In this document: positions 1-13,100 of the stretch, one piece after another
Position numbering within the stretch: position 1 is the stretch's first letter
Layout: every line of letters begins with the position of its first letter
Notes under the pieces: generated by a model
The model's database searches: none
Told to the model about the DNA's origin: nothing
What the model saw: the letters and a program-made list of their open reading frames with translations, nothing else
Assembly (NCBI GenBank): GCA_021613535.1
Contig: CP075493.1
Span: forward strand, 14,074,001 to 14,138,000
DNA from: Adineta vaga
Taxonomy: Eukaryota > Animalia > Rotifera
Length of the DNA: 64,000 nucleotides
Direction: 5' to 3'
Position numbers and translations under genes: made by a program

Positions 1-554
1 AGTGTTGGCTTGGCGAAAGCACGAAGGTGGCAGTTAAATTAGCTAAGCAAATGTTTTCAGTAAGAGTTAGGTAATATATATTCATAGATAGCGACAAATA
101 GTTTGAATATCGTGTTGCAGGTTCATCTAATGCGTCTTTTTGGTTGTTTTGTTTATAATATTCATTTTAAGATTTATGTCGGAATATGGTGCGGTTGTCG
201 GTAGTTTATGATTAGTAAGCATGAATTAGGCTTCATGGTTGTATGGTTTGAACCTCAGTCTCATTTTTAGGTTTTATATTTACTCACAGGGTAACTCAAA
301 CTTCTTTTCTCCTTAGGATGCGAGATTGCGCTGAAAAACAATTCTCTATTCTACAGTAAAGAGGGAATTGAGTTGGTATGACGAGCGTTATTTGTTCTAC
401 AATTGTAAATATTTATTATCATAGAAATCTTACCAATGTTTCTATGAAAAAGACAGATATATCGTTATCTTGCTGCATACATGTATCAATTTGTGTTGTA
501 TAAATATCCGAAAGAATACCTTTAGATTTATTTCGCTATACATAAGACAAAATA

Positions 555-1070
555 ATGCAATTCTTATTTATTCTTCTAATTGTTGTTGGTGAGTTATTTA
601 CAAACAGAGAACATCTTTTTGCCTTTCTAACAATTTTCTCAATAGGATGTATTGTTGTAGTGAACACATATCAATGTTATGTTTGTTCTAGTCCATTAGA
701 TGACGGATGTGGTGATCCATTTAACTCAAACATGATGACTGATGATAAAAAAGAAGATGCTGGGGGACAAGTGTGCATGGTAAGATTTATTCAGCTATTC
801 TTATGATACCGGTTTTATTCTGATTGGTTTTTTAAGAAAATCAAGGCTACGACAGCTGTTACTACAGGAATCCTGCGTATACTATCATCACCTGAGGCAT
901 GTATAGGTATTATGAATGGTTGCAGAGAGCAGAGTTCGGATCTTGGTAAGGGCACTGTATGTTGTTGCAATTCAAACTTATGCAATAGTGCACTAAGAAT
1001 GGGACAGCCGTCTTTCGTTGTCTACTTAATCATAGGCGCACTGGCTATCATCACCTATACATGGTTCTAA
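555..1070 (+). CDS. Ly6/uPAR (three-finger, quiver/sleepless-like) protein, probably GPI-anchored; 3 exons (~555-588, 647-779, 837-1070)
   Basis: Signal peptide, YQCYVCSS...C start, terminal CCNSNLCN motif, hydrophobic C-terminal tail; two short GT-AG introns keep the frame. Confidence 0.85.
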
Positions 1071-1543
1071 TGGTCCTTAATTGTTCCTTCTTTTATTTAT
1101 TTTAATCAAGACTTTTTATAATTAATTATTCGTTTTTAATACTAATTTTAAGCATAAATTAATTCTTGTACTTTCTGAAACACTTGCTTATGACAACTAG
1201 GTTTGTTCATAAACTGTATAATGAAAATCAGTCAATATTTGTTTTGATTGGGAAAGATTTCAACAAAAAAGTTCATTTTTGTGTACTCCGAAAGTGAGTA
1301 GACTACTAGCATTGATTTGCCGGTATCCGGTCGTCTGGGTGTGTAGGACACGGTAATAAACTCGCACCACACCCACACATTCACCACTAAAGTAGCACAA
1401 CTCAAAACTAACCGAGCTATCACACCCTCAATAGCCTTTTTATTGAATTCACCCAGCTTACTAACATCTAGTGAGCTGGAGTCTTTCGAATTAAACAAAA
1501 AGCTACCATGCACAATAGCATCGAATTAATTAAATTCATTCTT

Positions 1544-2008
1544 TTATGCCAAGACAGGTTTCGTACATTGTCGAGGACATCCACCGCAACATTTTTGATC
1601 ACCCGGACAGTTACTATCATTGGTACATCGAGCAATGCAAATACCCATCATACCTGATGATGTTGATGGACAAAAACCTAACTTGGATGAATTGCCTTTT
1701 GGTAATTGTTGAACACGAGGACAGCAGACAGCATAGGCATCATTTGGTGCTATAGTGCAACGGTGTGTTGGTGGACATTCACGACGATTGATACCACGTC
1801 CACAAAAATAACCTTCGAGTGGAGTTTCTTCTTCGTCACATGGGCTCTTTTTGCATGCACACATTGATTGTCCATTAGCATCACGTCGGAAACCGTATGG
1901 ACAATGAATCATACACATACGAAGATTTGATTCAGATGGAGAACTAGCCACTAATGCAAATGTTGCTACTGTAGCACATAGAAGGAAAACAATATTCAAC
2001 AAACTCAT
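1544..2008 (-). CDS. Secreted cysteine-rich protease-inhibitor-like protein (antistasin-like + Cys module + WAP domain)
   Basis: Signal peptide; CMIHCPYGFRRDANGQSMCAC (antistasin-like); KLGFCP...CIARCTNDSNCPGDQKCCGGCPRQCTKP (WAP four-disulfide core). Confidence 0.8.
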   Translation of the reverse strand: MSLLNIVFLLCATVATFALVASSPSESNLRMCMIHCPYGFRRDANGQSMCACKKSPCDEEETPLEGYFCGRGINRRECPPTHRCTIAPNDAYAVCCPRVQQLPKGNSSKLGFCPSTSSGMMGICIARCTNDSNCPGDQKCCGGCPRQCTKPVLA

Positions 2009-4188
2009 TTGTAATAACAGAAATAAACGATAAAGTCAAATGGGATGAATATTCTCTTATACTTCACTTTTTATATTATCAACTTTCAGCTGGCAAATAT
2101 ACCCATAGTATATATGCATTTAACAAACAATGCAAATTATTTTATTTTTATTGATAAATATTATGTGTTATCGGCATGGAATGATTTTTACATACGTAAA
2201 AGTAACTATTGTATTAGTTTAGCTTGCAAAATCACAGTTTTCGAAAATAATGGATGTATTCTGAATACGCTTTACTGTGAACTAACACATTTCTTTCTTT
2301 TATATTCATGATAATATTCTCACTCACAACATCAAGTTTCTATACAAGTTCAAGATGAAAATACTCAGTTGTTTTTTTTTGTCACATATTCTTCTCTTTT
2401 GCTCTGTTTATGATAATTTCTTTTAGATTTGATAAAAAAATAAAGTTGTTGTCCTCATCCTGTGATTATCTATTTTTAATCCATCTTCAAAAGATTTCAT
2501 TTTATAATTCATTTTATATAGTACTAACATTTTAAAAATAATGCAAAAAAGTCAATTCAAATTGAGGTCACTTCTACACCATAAACTCTTATTCTAATTA
2601 TGAAGATTAAGTTTTTATCATCTTTCTGAATACAATCTTCATATTTATGATATAAGTATAGATCTAATATTTTGTCAAAGATAATCTTCAAATCTGCGAT
2701 TCACATTTCAATCAACTGATAGACAATGAATAAATACTATTTTTTATTTTTGATTACGATTAATAAAAAAGAGAAAGAGATTTACAGAATAACCGATCAA
2801 CTTTTTTTTGTTTGTGAATTATCATCACTATAAGAGCAAATACACCAACAACAATACTTTTGTGTGATTCTATCATTCTGACGAGATAGAATGGCTGATT
2901 TAATTACAAGTCTTAATAATATTAAGTTTTGGCTCAATCGCGTTACTATCCGATTCATCTCTCAACTAGCTGAAATATAGACTCGTCAAATACGAACAAC
3001 GTCTGGTGTAAACTACCTAACTTTCTCCTATAGATTTTTTTAAATTAGCCGCCTGATTTCTAGTGCTTCCGAGTATCAGTCGATATCTTTCCAGTTCACA
3101 TGATGCACGCCTTCGTCGATGGAGCAGTTTAGCAACAGCACGAAAGATCATCATATTCAATATTATAATTTATCTGCATATATTTCTTTTTTGAGGTTAC
3201 TCTGATTAATGCTGTATTTGTTTGTTCTGCCTAGCAGTTGATAATCAAAGAGCCAATAGCAATATACTTAGGAGAAAAAATAGAAAAGAAATATTATGAA
3301 TACAGTGCAACAACAAACACAAATGAAGATGACATCTGCTGTTTAGTTACTTACAACAGAACAAGCCTTCCTCTTTAACATACTGTTACAAGGTTTGTCG
3401 AGAGATACAGCATTTACTTACATGAGACTCAATCATTATATCTTTCATTTTTGAAACCTGTGACATTTCTCAAAATTATAAAATTATTCAATCAAGTTCA
3501 CTCTCATGCTTATGTCTGTATAATCATTAGTTGTATACGTGAGATTTATGTAAGAGTAGAAGTATGCTTTGTAATCATCTGACATGAGTACCTGAAAGAA
3601 AATTCGATCAAGTATCAAATTTTGCTCCTTTGAAGCGTATTTCTAATTCTAATATATTCCTTTTTTTGAAAGACTAGTTACGGATCTCGTTTCATTTTAA
3701 ATTTGTGCAAAAAATCACGAGTTCTATTCTTATTTGATAATATAAGATTTACATGAGCATTTTGTTTCATCGAGACTTTTTTAAATCAGTAAACGTGATT
3801 CATTCATTTTTCTCTTTGTTCTCAACAAATTTTCACGATCATCAAGATAAATCTTTACTGTTCAATTCTCAGACAAAATTATTTTGCAATGAAGATTATT
3901 TCTTTTACCTGCTTGTTCTTATTGCTCAAGGTTTGTTCAATTTTTCATTTGCAGAAAACATTTTCTCGCATTCCTATAGATTCAACGTAATCAACAAGTT
4001 TAACTTATTCGAAAAATAATTCCAATTTGGAATTAACTCTTTCCAGTGTATCTCATTTGGAACAAAGTTCAGCAACTAATCGTTCCCTTCCACAATATCA
4101 ACAAAATTATAAGATCTGTCAAGCGATGATCTCTATGGTGCTAATCGAATAGACATTCTAGTTACAAATAATTTTTGTATTTCTCAAG

Positions 4189-4350
4189 TTTGCAAAGGAA
4201 AATTTTTGTTCACCATTTACTTTTCCCGTTGGCTCTTACCCAGGTGGAATTGCTCGTGGTCGTTTCAAGAATCATGACCAAGAAGATCTGACAATCGCCT
4301 ATACTGCATCTAGAACAGTCGGTATTCTTTTGAACACTTATCATTACTAA
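4189..4350 (+). pseudogene. Relic C-terminal FG-GAP/VCBS-like repeat
   Basis: Translates FTFPVGSYPGGIARGRFKNHDQEDLTIAYTASRTVGILLNT, resembling the FG-GAP repeat consensus; no upstream gene body found. Confidence 0.45.
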
Positions 4351-4399
4351 ACATTCAGAGAGTGTTGCTTTCTTTTCGCTATTATTACACTTAAGAAAT

Positions 4400-6343
4400 T
4401 TATTTATGTAAAAAAGACGTGTCATCTTTCATAATCATATCTTTAGGTGGAATTGATTTTCCATATAAAAGATTACGTCCATAAATTTGAGTTAATCTTG
4501 TTAATTCAGATCGAATATTTGATGTTAATTGTGACCATTGAAAACGCCATGACCAATTTTGTGGTTCAGATTTTTCCATAGATGATTCTAAGAATTATTT
4601 TGCAATTTTATCAATAAATAATTCATTACCTTAGTTACCTTTTCCTGGATAATTCATTCGTACGTTAATATTCAATAAATCTTGCATTAGTATAATCGAT
4701 CCATTCGATGAAGATTGTAAGACCATTTGAATAAAATACCAAGATATATATTTCTCCAATCCATCAATAGATTCATTCTGAGAGAAAAATGGACGACGAA
4801 TATATTCCATAAATAGATCTTTTTCTTCACGAGTTGCTATATTTGACCACCATTCGATTGTCGTAGCATTATCATGTGTACCTATTTAAATCTATTTAGA
4901 GAGATCGAAAATAAATTAACAAAACCTGTATATGCAATTGAATTTGGAATATAATTATGTGGTGAATACATATTATCTGGATATGAATAGAAACCCATTT
5001 GTAATATTCTAATACCATAAAATTGAAAATCATCACGTAATTGAAAAACTTCAGTAGTAGCACTACCAATATCTTCAACTATTATCGAAATATTTTCACC
5101 CAATGATTTTTTAACAGCTGTAAACAATTCATAACCACTAAAATTTGGAGAAAAAATCATCGACAAACAAATATCAAGTATATGGATAAATATACATACG
5201 GTGTGTTCATCCAATGTGCATTTGATGTGATTGGTTTCGATGTATTTTCATCTAATGGAATAACATAATGTTGGATAAAGCCACGAAAATGATCGAGTCG
5301 TAAGATATCATACATTGATAAAGATTTTTCAATACGTTTTATCCACCATTGAAATAAATCATTTCGAATAGTTTCATCATTCCACTTATAAATTGGTTGA
5401 TTCCAAATTTGAATATCATATTTTTCATCACCAGGAAAACCTATTTCAATCGAAATTCCATGCAGAATATATTCAATTGTATTGAAAATAATTTACCTGA
5501 AACAACAATTGGTTTCATTGTATTTGAATCTAATTGAAATAGATTTGAATTTGCCCACACATCAACCGAATTATAATCAATATACATTGCCATATCACCA
5601 ATAATTTGAATCTTTCTCTCGTTTGCATAACGTTTTAATTCATTCCACTGTTTATCAAATATATATTGAACAAATAAATGATATTCAAATTGATTTTGAT
5701 TATTTTGACGAATATTTTCTAATGCTAATCGATCATGATGACGTAAAGATTGAGGCCATTCATTCCATGATATTCCTTCAAACTAAACAAAGACTATTTT
5801 CATAAGAAAATTGCTTAACTTACTTGATTTTTAATTATCATAAACAGAATAAAATCATTAATCCAAAAGATTTCATTTTGATAAAATTCATGGAGAATAT
5901 TTCGATAATTTGAGGAAGTTTTTTGATAATTTTCAAAAGATTTTTCTAACAATTTCTCTTTAAATTTTTTTACATCTTTAAAATTAACAAAATCATTATG
6001 AAATTTTGATGAATCAATTAATAAGTTTAATTCATCGAAAGATAATAGATTCATTTCAATTAATTTTTCAGGTGAAATCAACCATGGATTCCCACCAAAT
6101 GATGATTCACCTTAGAAGCAATTTCTTTAAGAATAAAGAAGAAGAAGAAGAAACAATTCTGTTACTTGAATATGGTGATGGACAATTGATTGTTGTTAAA
6201 GGCAAAATTTGCCATAGTTTTTGTTTTGTTTCAACTAAAAAATCAATAAATCGAAATGCATCGGAACCAAAATCTCCAATTCCATATTTTGATGGTAATG
6301 ATGTTATATGTAGTAGAACTCCTGATGATCGTTCTAATTTCAT
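4400..6343 (-). CDS. malQ: 4-alpha-glucanotransferase (amylomaltase, GH77), 7 exons
   Basis: RSSGVLLHITSLPS..GIGDFG, WQILPL, SPYS, LRLDHFRGF, IVEDIG, YTGTHDN and NWSWR motifs joined across 6 short GT-AG introns. Confidence 0.92.
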
Positions 6344-6624
6344 TGTCGAAGGTCAGAAGATAAAATAGAACAATTCTTTTTTGCGACTTGCCATATGATA
6401 ATAAACAAGAAAGGAAAGAAAAAGTGTACTTTTGACTAATTCGAGATCATATATATTCATGGATGAAAATAGACCAATAGGAAAAGAATGCCACATATCA
6501 TTGATTATAATGTGAGAACGAATTGTTGAATACTATGTGAAGATAATTAGACAGAAAGATATGAACTTCTTATATGCGTGTAGTTATTAAAATAAAACTT
6601 GAAAAGTCAATCTGAAAGTTTCGG

Positions 6625-6858
6625 TCACCATTTAATTTCATTTTGACGACCTTTACCATTGCCAGTACCAAATACATATCCTACTACAGCACTGACACCA
6701 GCTCCTACAGCAGCACCCGGTGGACCACCTATTGCAGTACCAACTGCAGTTCCAACAGTAGTTGCTACCGCAACATCACTTTTAGAACCTGGAGTAAATT
6801 TAATCTCTTTCTTTGGCAGATTCACTTGTACTAAATTAGTTTCGGTACCGTTCTGCAT
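6625..6858 (-). CDS. Small 77-aa glycine-zipper hydrophobic protein
   Basis: ATG-started intronless ORF with GTAVGTAIGGPPGAAVGAGVSAVVG; GC-richer than its flanks. Confidence 0.6.
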   Translation of the reverse strand: MQNGTETNLVQVNLPKKEIKFTPGSKSDVAVATTVGTAVGTAIGGPPGAAVGAGVSAVVGYVFGTGNGKGRQNEIKW

Positions 6859-8033
6859 TTTGATTTTTCTAAATTATCAATATTATTATGAAATGTAAAG
6901 CTTAGTAATTTATCTCAATAAATGGTGTTCTAGTAAGAATACGTCGATTGACTATGTTTCGGCTTTTGCTTATCTACATTTCATTGCATACTAATACATA
7001 ACTATTTAGTAAATGAGTGTAAACAATGAGCTACGGATGAATCATCTTCTACGTTTTATTATGCATATCGAAAACAGCATTTTCTTTTCTGAAACGAATA
7101 AGCTAAGTTAAACCTGTAGTTGCTAGATACGATCAGATATAAGAGTTAAAAAGCTTGTTAAACGTAAAAAATATACATATCTAGCTGGTTATTTGGGAAC
7201 AACTCGTATTATTTATCCAAGAAAAATTTCACTTCTACCTCATCGTTTTCGAAGCATTTGCAAATGAGCGAAAGGTTTATTCAGAAATGACCGATCTTCA
7301 TTCACTTTTCAATATATTACATTATAAACCTGTCTGATATTGACATTCTTTGATTACTATAGTAGCATAGAGATTAGTAGTCAGTCATAAAAGAGAGATA
7401 GATTAGGTATTTATTTCCTCTGAATACTGCTGACGCTTTCCCGATAGTTTTACAAAATTGCATAAAATCAATATTTTTACTTACTGCTAAACAAGTGAAA
7501 TTCGTAGATATAAATTAATGAATTGAGTTTACTAAACAAAAAAAAATAATAATAATTAGAATTTCGTATTTTTTTTATTGAATATATACTTATTTGTAAT
7601 TTCTCGACCTTTTAAATGTCGTTTAAAATCAGAAAGAATGATTAGATAAAAACGCTAGTGAGAATCAATCGGTCTTATATACACTGTAGTCTTATTACAA
7701 GGTTTTTTCCTTCGCTTTCTTTATTTTGTTTTTTTTCATGGATTCCTCCAAGTATGATTCGATATATGCAAGGAATGAAAAAAAATATGTGAGTGTAAAT
7801 TTTAAGTCGAGAAATATTCGGCCTGACTCTTCTCCTTTATTACAAACACTTAAAAAGACTTTGCTGAAAAGCTTTTTAAATGAATTTATAAGAATGATCA
7901 ATGATCATCGAGTAAAGTGTGACCATACGTTTCATCTCTTTATCATCTATCCACATCCACACAAATGAATATTCTCCAAGTTTATTTCTAAATATTGACA
8001 AAAAGGAAAATATCAGCACGCGAAAATATTTAA

Positions 8034-9401
8034 TCAGATTTTGGAGCTTTGATTCGATCGAGTAGCTCTGCTTGTCTCTTGACCACGACGGATGCGATAG
8101 AGTGGACGACTGAAACAGGGTAGACAAAAAACAAATTTCAGAAAAATAGTTAAGACTGGAAGATATAAGCACAATGAAGAAAGATTATAGAATGCTTTGG
8201 CAACAGTCAATGGAAACCAGAATGGTATTCCTACTGCAGTAACATGTCCAATAGCAAGTAACAATGTTACAGTACCAAGCTTTGATTGTATGAAACGCCA
8301 TTCTCGCCAATTTAAGAGATTACCGATTGCAGGAATACTCGTTATAGCCAATATAGTCATACAAAGGACAGTAAGAACACCGAGTAGAGCTGCTATTTCA
8401 CCTGTTCCAGTCATCAGACTATCCTGAAAGATAACTCGAGTTTGATTATGAATGTTCAGTATTCGAATTTCAGTACGATGGAACCATGAAGGTATATATG
8501 AAGGTGATACAAGAATAATAGTGAACAAAGCGTGACAAAGAGCGATAGCAAATGTTAATAGACCTAAATATTTCCTACTTAACATCCATCGATCTAACCA
8601 TGCTGGAAATCGTCGTTCTCGTGTTCCATAGCTTAATTGAAAGATACATGCAAGATTCGATGGCATATATACGATAGCTAACATAGTGATGGCACATGGA
8701 CCTAATGCCTTATTTATCATAGTTAAGAAGAGTTGATGCCATGTAGATCCTTCATAATTGATATAGTACATGCAAAGTATGTATGTTAACCATAAACAGA
8801 GAATAATCAATGCAAAAACAACAGGAATTCGCCAATGAGGAAAGAGAGATTTCGTATCATTTTCAAGACGGCGTGCAGCTCGAATTGAACCCGCATTAAA
8901 CGATTCAAAATTCATTTCACGTGCAAGTGCAATTACTTTATCTTTCGCAGCGGAATGATCACTAGCAACAAGAATATTATGTGGTTCACCGGCTGTTATA
9001 CTTTGCATGACAAATGAAGACACTGTATTGAACGCTTTGACAACAAAAGCATTGGGTATTGCCTGTTGAAGTTGTTCAGCATTGGACGATTCTTGAGGGT
9101 GTGTTAGTTCAGATGTTTGATTCGATAGATCAATAAGAATTTTGCCGTCGAATAATAATGGTTCATTGCTGAAGCATGATAGAAGAGAATCTTTATAGTT
9201 CTCAGGATGAACAGCTACAAAGATAATTGATGAACGCCGAATACATTCGACAATAGTTACTACTTCATATTTTGTGCCCTGTCGTTTGGCTGGCGAACGG
9301 CTACCTAGTACTACACGAAATCCACTTTCGAATAGACGATAAGCAATTGCTTGACCCATATTTCCAGAACCGAGAACACCGATACATTGATCATCATTCA
9401 T
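8034..9401 (-). CDS. STEAP: STEAP-family metalloreductase (NADPH oxidoreductase + ferric-reductase TM domain), intronless
   Basis: GVLGSGNMG Rossmann motif, LGSR, IDLSN, SNAEQL, VVKAFNTVS, WLDRWMLSRKYLGL, LNWREWRFIQSKLG, two TM histidines, IRRG. Confidence 0.93.
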   Translation of the reverse strand: MNDDQCIGVLGSGNMGQAIAYRLFESGFRVVLGSRSPAKRQGTKYEVVTIVECIRRSSIIFVAVHPENYKDSLLSCFSNEPLLFDGKILIDLSNQTSELTHPQESSNAEQLQQAIPNAFVVKAFNTVSSFVMQSITAGEPHNILVASDHSAAKDKVIALAREMNFESFNAGSIRAARRLENDTKSLFPHWRIPVVFALIILCLWLTYILCMYYINYEGSTWHQLFLTMINKALGPCAITMLAIVYMPSNLACIFQLSYGTRERRFPAWLDRWMLSRKYLGLLTFAIALCHALFTIILVSPSYIPSWFHRTEIRILNIHNQTRVIFQDSLMTGTGEIAALLGVLTVLCMTILAITSIPAIGNLLNWREWRFIQSKLGTVTLLLAIGHVTAVGIPFWFPLTVAKAFYNLSSLCLYLPVLTIFLKFVFCLPCFSRPLYRIRRGQETSRATRSNQSSKI

Positions 9402-10112
9402 AATGTCAAACTAAGTACAACTTTGATGAGTTATTTTGCCAAATAATATATTTGTCATTTTGAGATTAACGAACAGCAAAATAAATTATAACAAGCGAAG
9501 AATGTCAAAAGAGATTATATTAATAAGAATAAATATCAAAAGAAAATAAAGGTAAAAAACATCATGTAGGTAGCGAAAATGTTAAATGTGAACGTATCAT
9601 AATAATCACGAGATTTAAAAACATTTATTGTGAAAACAATTAATGAATTTCAATTCATCGAAGTTGTGGGTGTAGGCGTACTTTTTCTCATTGTTCTTCG
9701 CTCTTACACGTATTCTCTTTTATTAATATTGTTGATTGATTTTTCTAATATGCTCAGAATCTGAAGTTTTCAGAAGGAAACTTATAGTAAGTCTTAAAAA
9801 CTTGACAAATTATTGTAGCAAAAATGGTTCAAAACGTTTCTTTCAACGATTTCATGAACTTTGTAATCGCCGTGAATTATGACTTAGAAAAATTGTTAAA
9901 TCGCATAACTATCTTCAATCATTGATTCTTCGGTGTCTCATCCACTCTCCCCTAGTTAAGAAGACGTATTCATATAATTCGTCGTTTTATTTCCGAAAAA
10001 AAAGCTTAGAAAGATCACTAAAGCAAATTATAGAAAAACAAGTAAAAAATGACATACACATGTATATTGTCCGATTGCTTATCAAGACAAAGAAAAATTC
10101 GTGTGAATGATT

Positions 10113-13100
10113 TTATACTGGACACCAAGTTGATTTCCAAGGATTTGTAAAACCATGTAAAGGAATATCGGTCTCATTTCTTGGATAGAAAATTCGATAA
10201 ATATTAATCTCCAACATATTTTGTACATAAGCTGAATCAAATGTTGGCATTAGTGATGTAGGCTTAGCAGCAGTGTCAGTTAACATTGGATCAATGTATT
10301 TCCAATTACTGTAGACAATCTTTGCAAAACCATTTAGAACAAATGGTTGTGCTGTTGAAGGAGTACGTCCCTTTTCAGTGTCAATAATACGAAAAGCTCT
10401 CATCATATCATCATCTTCATGAATAAGATTATGACAATGGAACATATAATCACCTTTATGCGGACCAAATCTGATAATAACCCAAACTTTTTGACTTGGA
10501 CCCAGATATATAATATCTTTTGGTGACATATTTTCATAAGTTTTCAATCCACCATCACGATCGCGGCGGATAATATAAAAATCTACAAGATGTACATGTA
10601 CAGGATGAAACCAGCCACCACCTGTTTGAAATTTCCAAAGTTCCCATGTATTTTGTCCAATATCATCAGCAGCAATTTTAAATGAATCCCAAGTTTCTCC
10701 ATTGATTACCCATTGATCATTGCTTCGACCAAATACCATTCTTCGATGAAAATCACCATTTGCTGCCATTCTCACTGCAGTAGCGATATCCGAAGCATCT
10801 AAGACTCGTGCAATTGGTCTTTCTGGTTGTGGATTTGTAAGTTGTTCATTAAACTCTGGTGATGAAGTCGGAGTTGTTGATAATATTTGAAGTTTAGCAA
10901 TGTAATTACTATAACAAAAATAAGGTACATCCTTCATCCAATCATCATCAAAATCATTCCACATGTATAAAGTTTGACCTTTGAATGTTGTAAAATCACA
11001 AACAATTTCATATCTTTCAGCAACTCCAATTAATAACCCAGCTGTTGGGAATGTTACTGTTGTTGCTCGATATCCTCCATCAGTTGCAATAACTTTACAT
11101 ATTTGTTGTCCGATATCTTGAAGTGCAGCATTTTTAATTTTGAGTAGATATGGACGAGATACTGCAGCATTTAACATTCGAAAACGATACCATTTTGCTT
11201 CAAGATTCATTAGAGGAAATGGTATTCCAGATACCATATTTATATCACCATAGAAATTTATTTTATCAACATCCTCTTTATCAATGGCTAATTGACATTC
11301 AGAATCAAGAGCTTTATCTTGAAAAATTAAAAGTCTATCTTCGATATTTTCTAAATTCCATGGTTCACCACATCCACCATGTATTTTCTTCGAACTAACT
11401 ACATATAAACCAGCAAGACCATAATAAGCATTATCAGCTGTTATATGCAGTGCATGATCATGATACCAATCCAATGCTGGGCGATTATTTGGATAAACAT
11501 ATTCTTTTGTTTCATTAAAACATGTCTCATCTTCAGCCCATCCATCAAACGGTGGAGCACTTGCTGAACCATGATGATGAATACCAATTGGTCTTCCGAC
11601 TCGATTTCCGATACAAGGTGAAAAACTTTCTTTAAAAAAAGTACCAATTTTATTATTAAATCTTACAATAGATTCATGTCCTGTCGGAACAATAAGTGTT
11701 GGTCCTGGTACATGACCACCATAAGTCATAAATATGGTTCCTGGTTTTGATGCACATTCAGGTATAAGTAGATTAAATGGTGACAATCTTGTATCAAAAA
11801 CATCAATTGTATACGAAAACATACAATGTCCATCGGGACGACATTCTTTTAATAATGGATCAATAACTGATGGATTTTTAAATTCATCTTGAAATAGGTT
11901 CAAGTTGAATGGTGTTCCTTAAAAATGAACGAAATCGTAACTTAGAATATCTTTCTGAAGGATTCGACTTTCGTAGAATGACTCTGTTCAATTTTGCATT
12001 CCTATACTCTCGTTACGCTAGTTCCAGATGACAAGTAAGACCATACGAATTTGCTCTAGAAAATAAATAGATTAGTTTCTCAACTTTAACCCTTAAAAGT
12101 CGAAAAGGTTTCCGGCGAAGCTAACGGATAAATAATTATAAAAACAAAGTATTTGAGGTCAGAAACTAGTACCTTTTGTAGAAAGTTTACTGCTTTATCT
12201 TTATAGCGATTGATGCAATGTCCTGTAGAACAGACAGTCGGTTTTAAAGGATTAGATTCAAATAAAGACACTTAGACTGAAAAATACTATCTTAAACTAA
12301 AGAATAATTGAAAAAGGATTTATTTCATTTATCCAAAATATTCATAACAATGAAATATTTCATTAGAATTGTAATATATGAGAGCAAACGATAGAAATTG
12401 ACTCACGAGATGGTTCTTTTGATCGACATTGAGGTGAGGATGCATTAATCGGCAGTAAAGTTGTGGTAGTCGATGATACAGTGACACCAACCGATAATAA
12501 AGTTGTTTTAGTCGATGACAAAGTTTGAAGAGTTTTCAGTGGCGTCGTTCCTATAAATAGAAATAATATTAGATTTTTTAAAGCATTTATGTATCAACTG
12601 AGAACGAAAATCTTGCCATTAAGAAAAAAGCATGATTTTTTGTTCAAAGAATCGAATAGTCGCAAAGATAAGCGTGTAAAATAGTGAAGACTAAATAATC
12701 AGATAGATCTATACGGAAATGTTTTTAGAGGAACGGTACTAGATATATGAATAAATTGATGTTAGTTGCGCATTTTCTTTCATCATTCACTATCTATATT
12801 CTAAAAGAAAATATATATTACTAGTAGGTCGTTTCGTTTTGTATGTTCTTTTTTTTGTTCTATATGAATTGCATGGACGTGGGTAATTGTTTTCTTCATT
12901 TTCTTGGCCATCATCATTATCATGTTCTTCGTTTTTTCCTATGCCCCATGTATTATCAATGTTCGGTCGTGCTCCATGGTATCCAAAACTTGGAAACGAA
13001 GCAAAATTGCTATGAATGCCGCCATTAAAGTCACCTGTGAAAGGATTAATCCTTGGAACACCTGGATTGTTTACTAATATATACAACGAAAAATATAGTG

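Noticed and set aside
2890-3160. Possible GPCR N-terminal relic (MADLITSLNNIKFWLNR)
   Set aside because: Too short and degraded to support
6659-6898. Pro/Thr/Ala-rich 79-aa ORF on +
   Set aside because: Antisense shadow of the glycine-zipper ORF; starts at TTG
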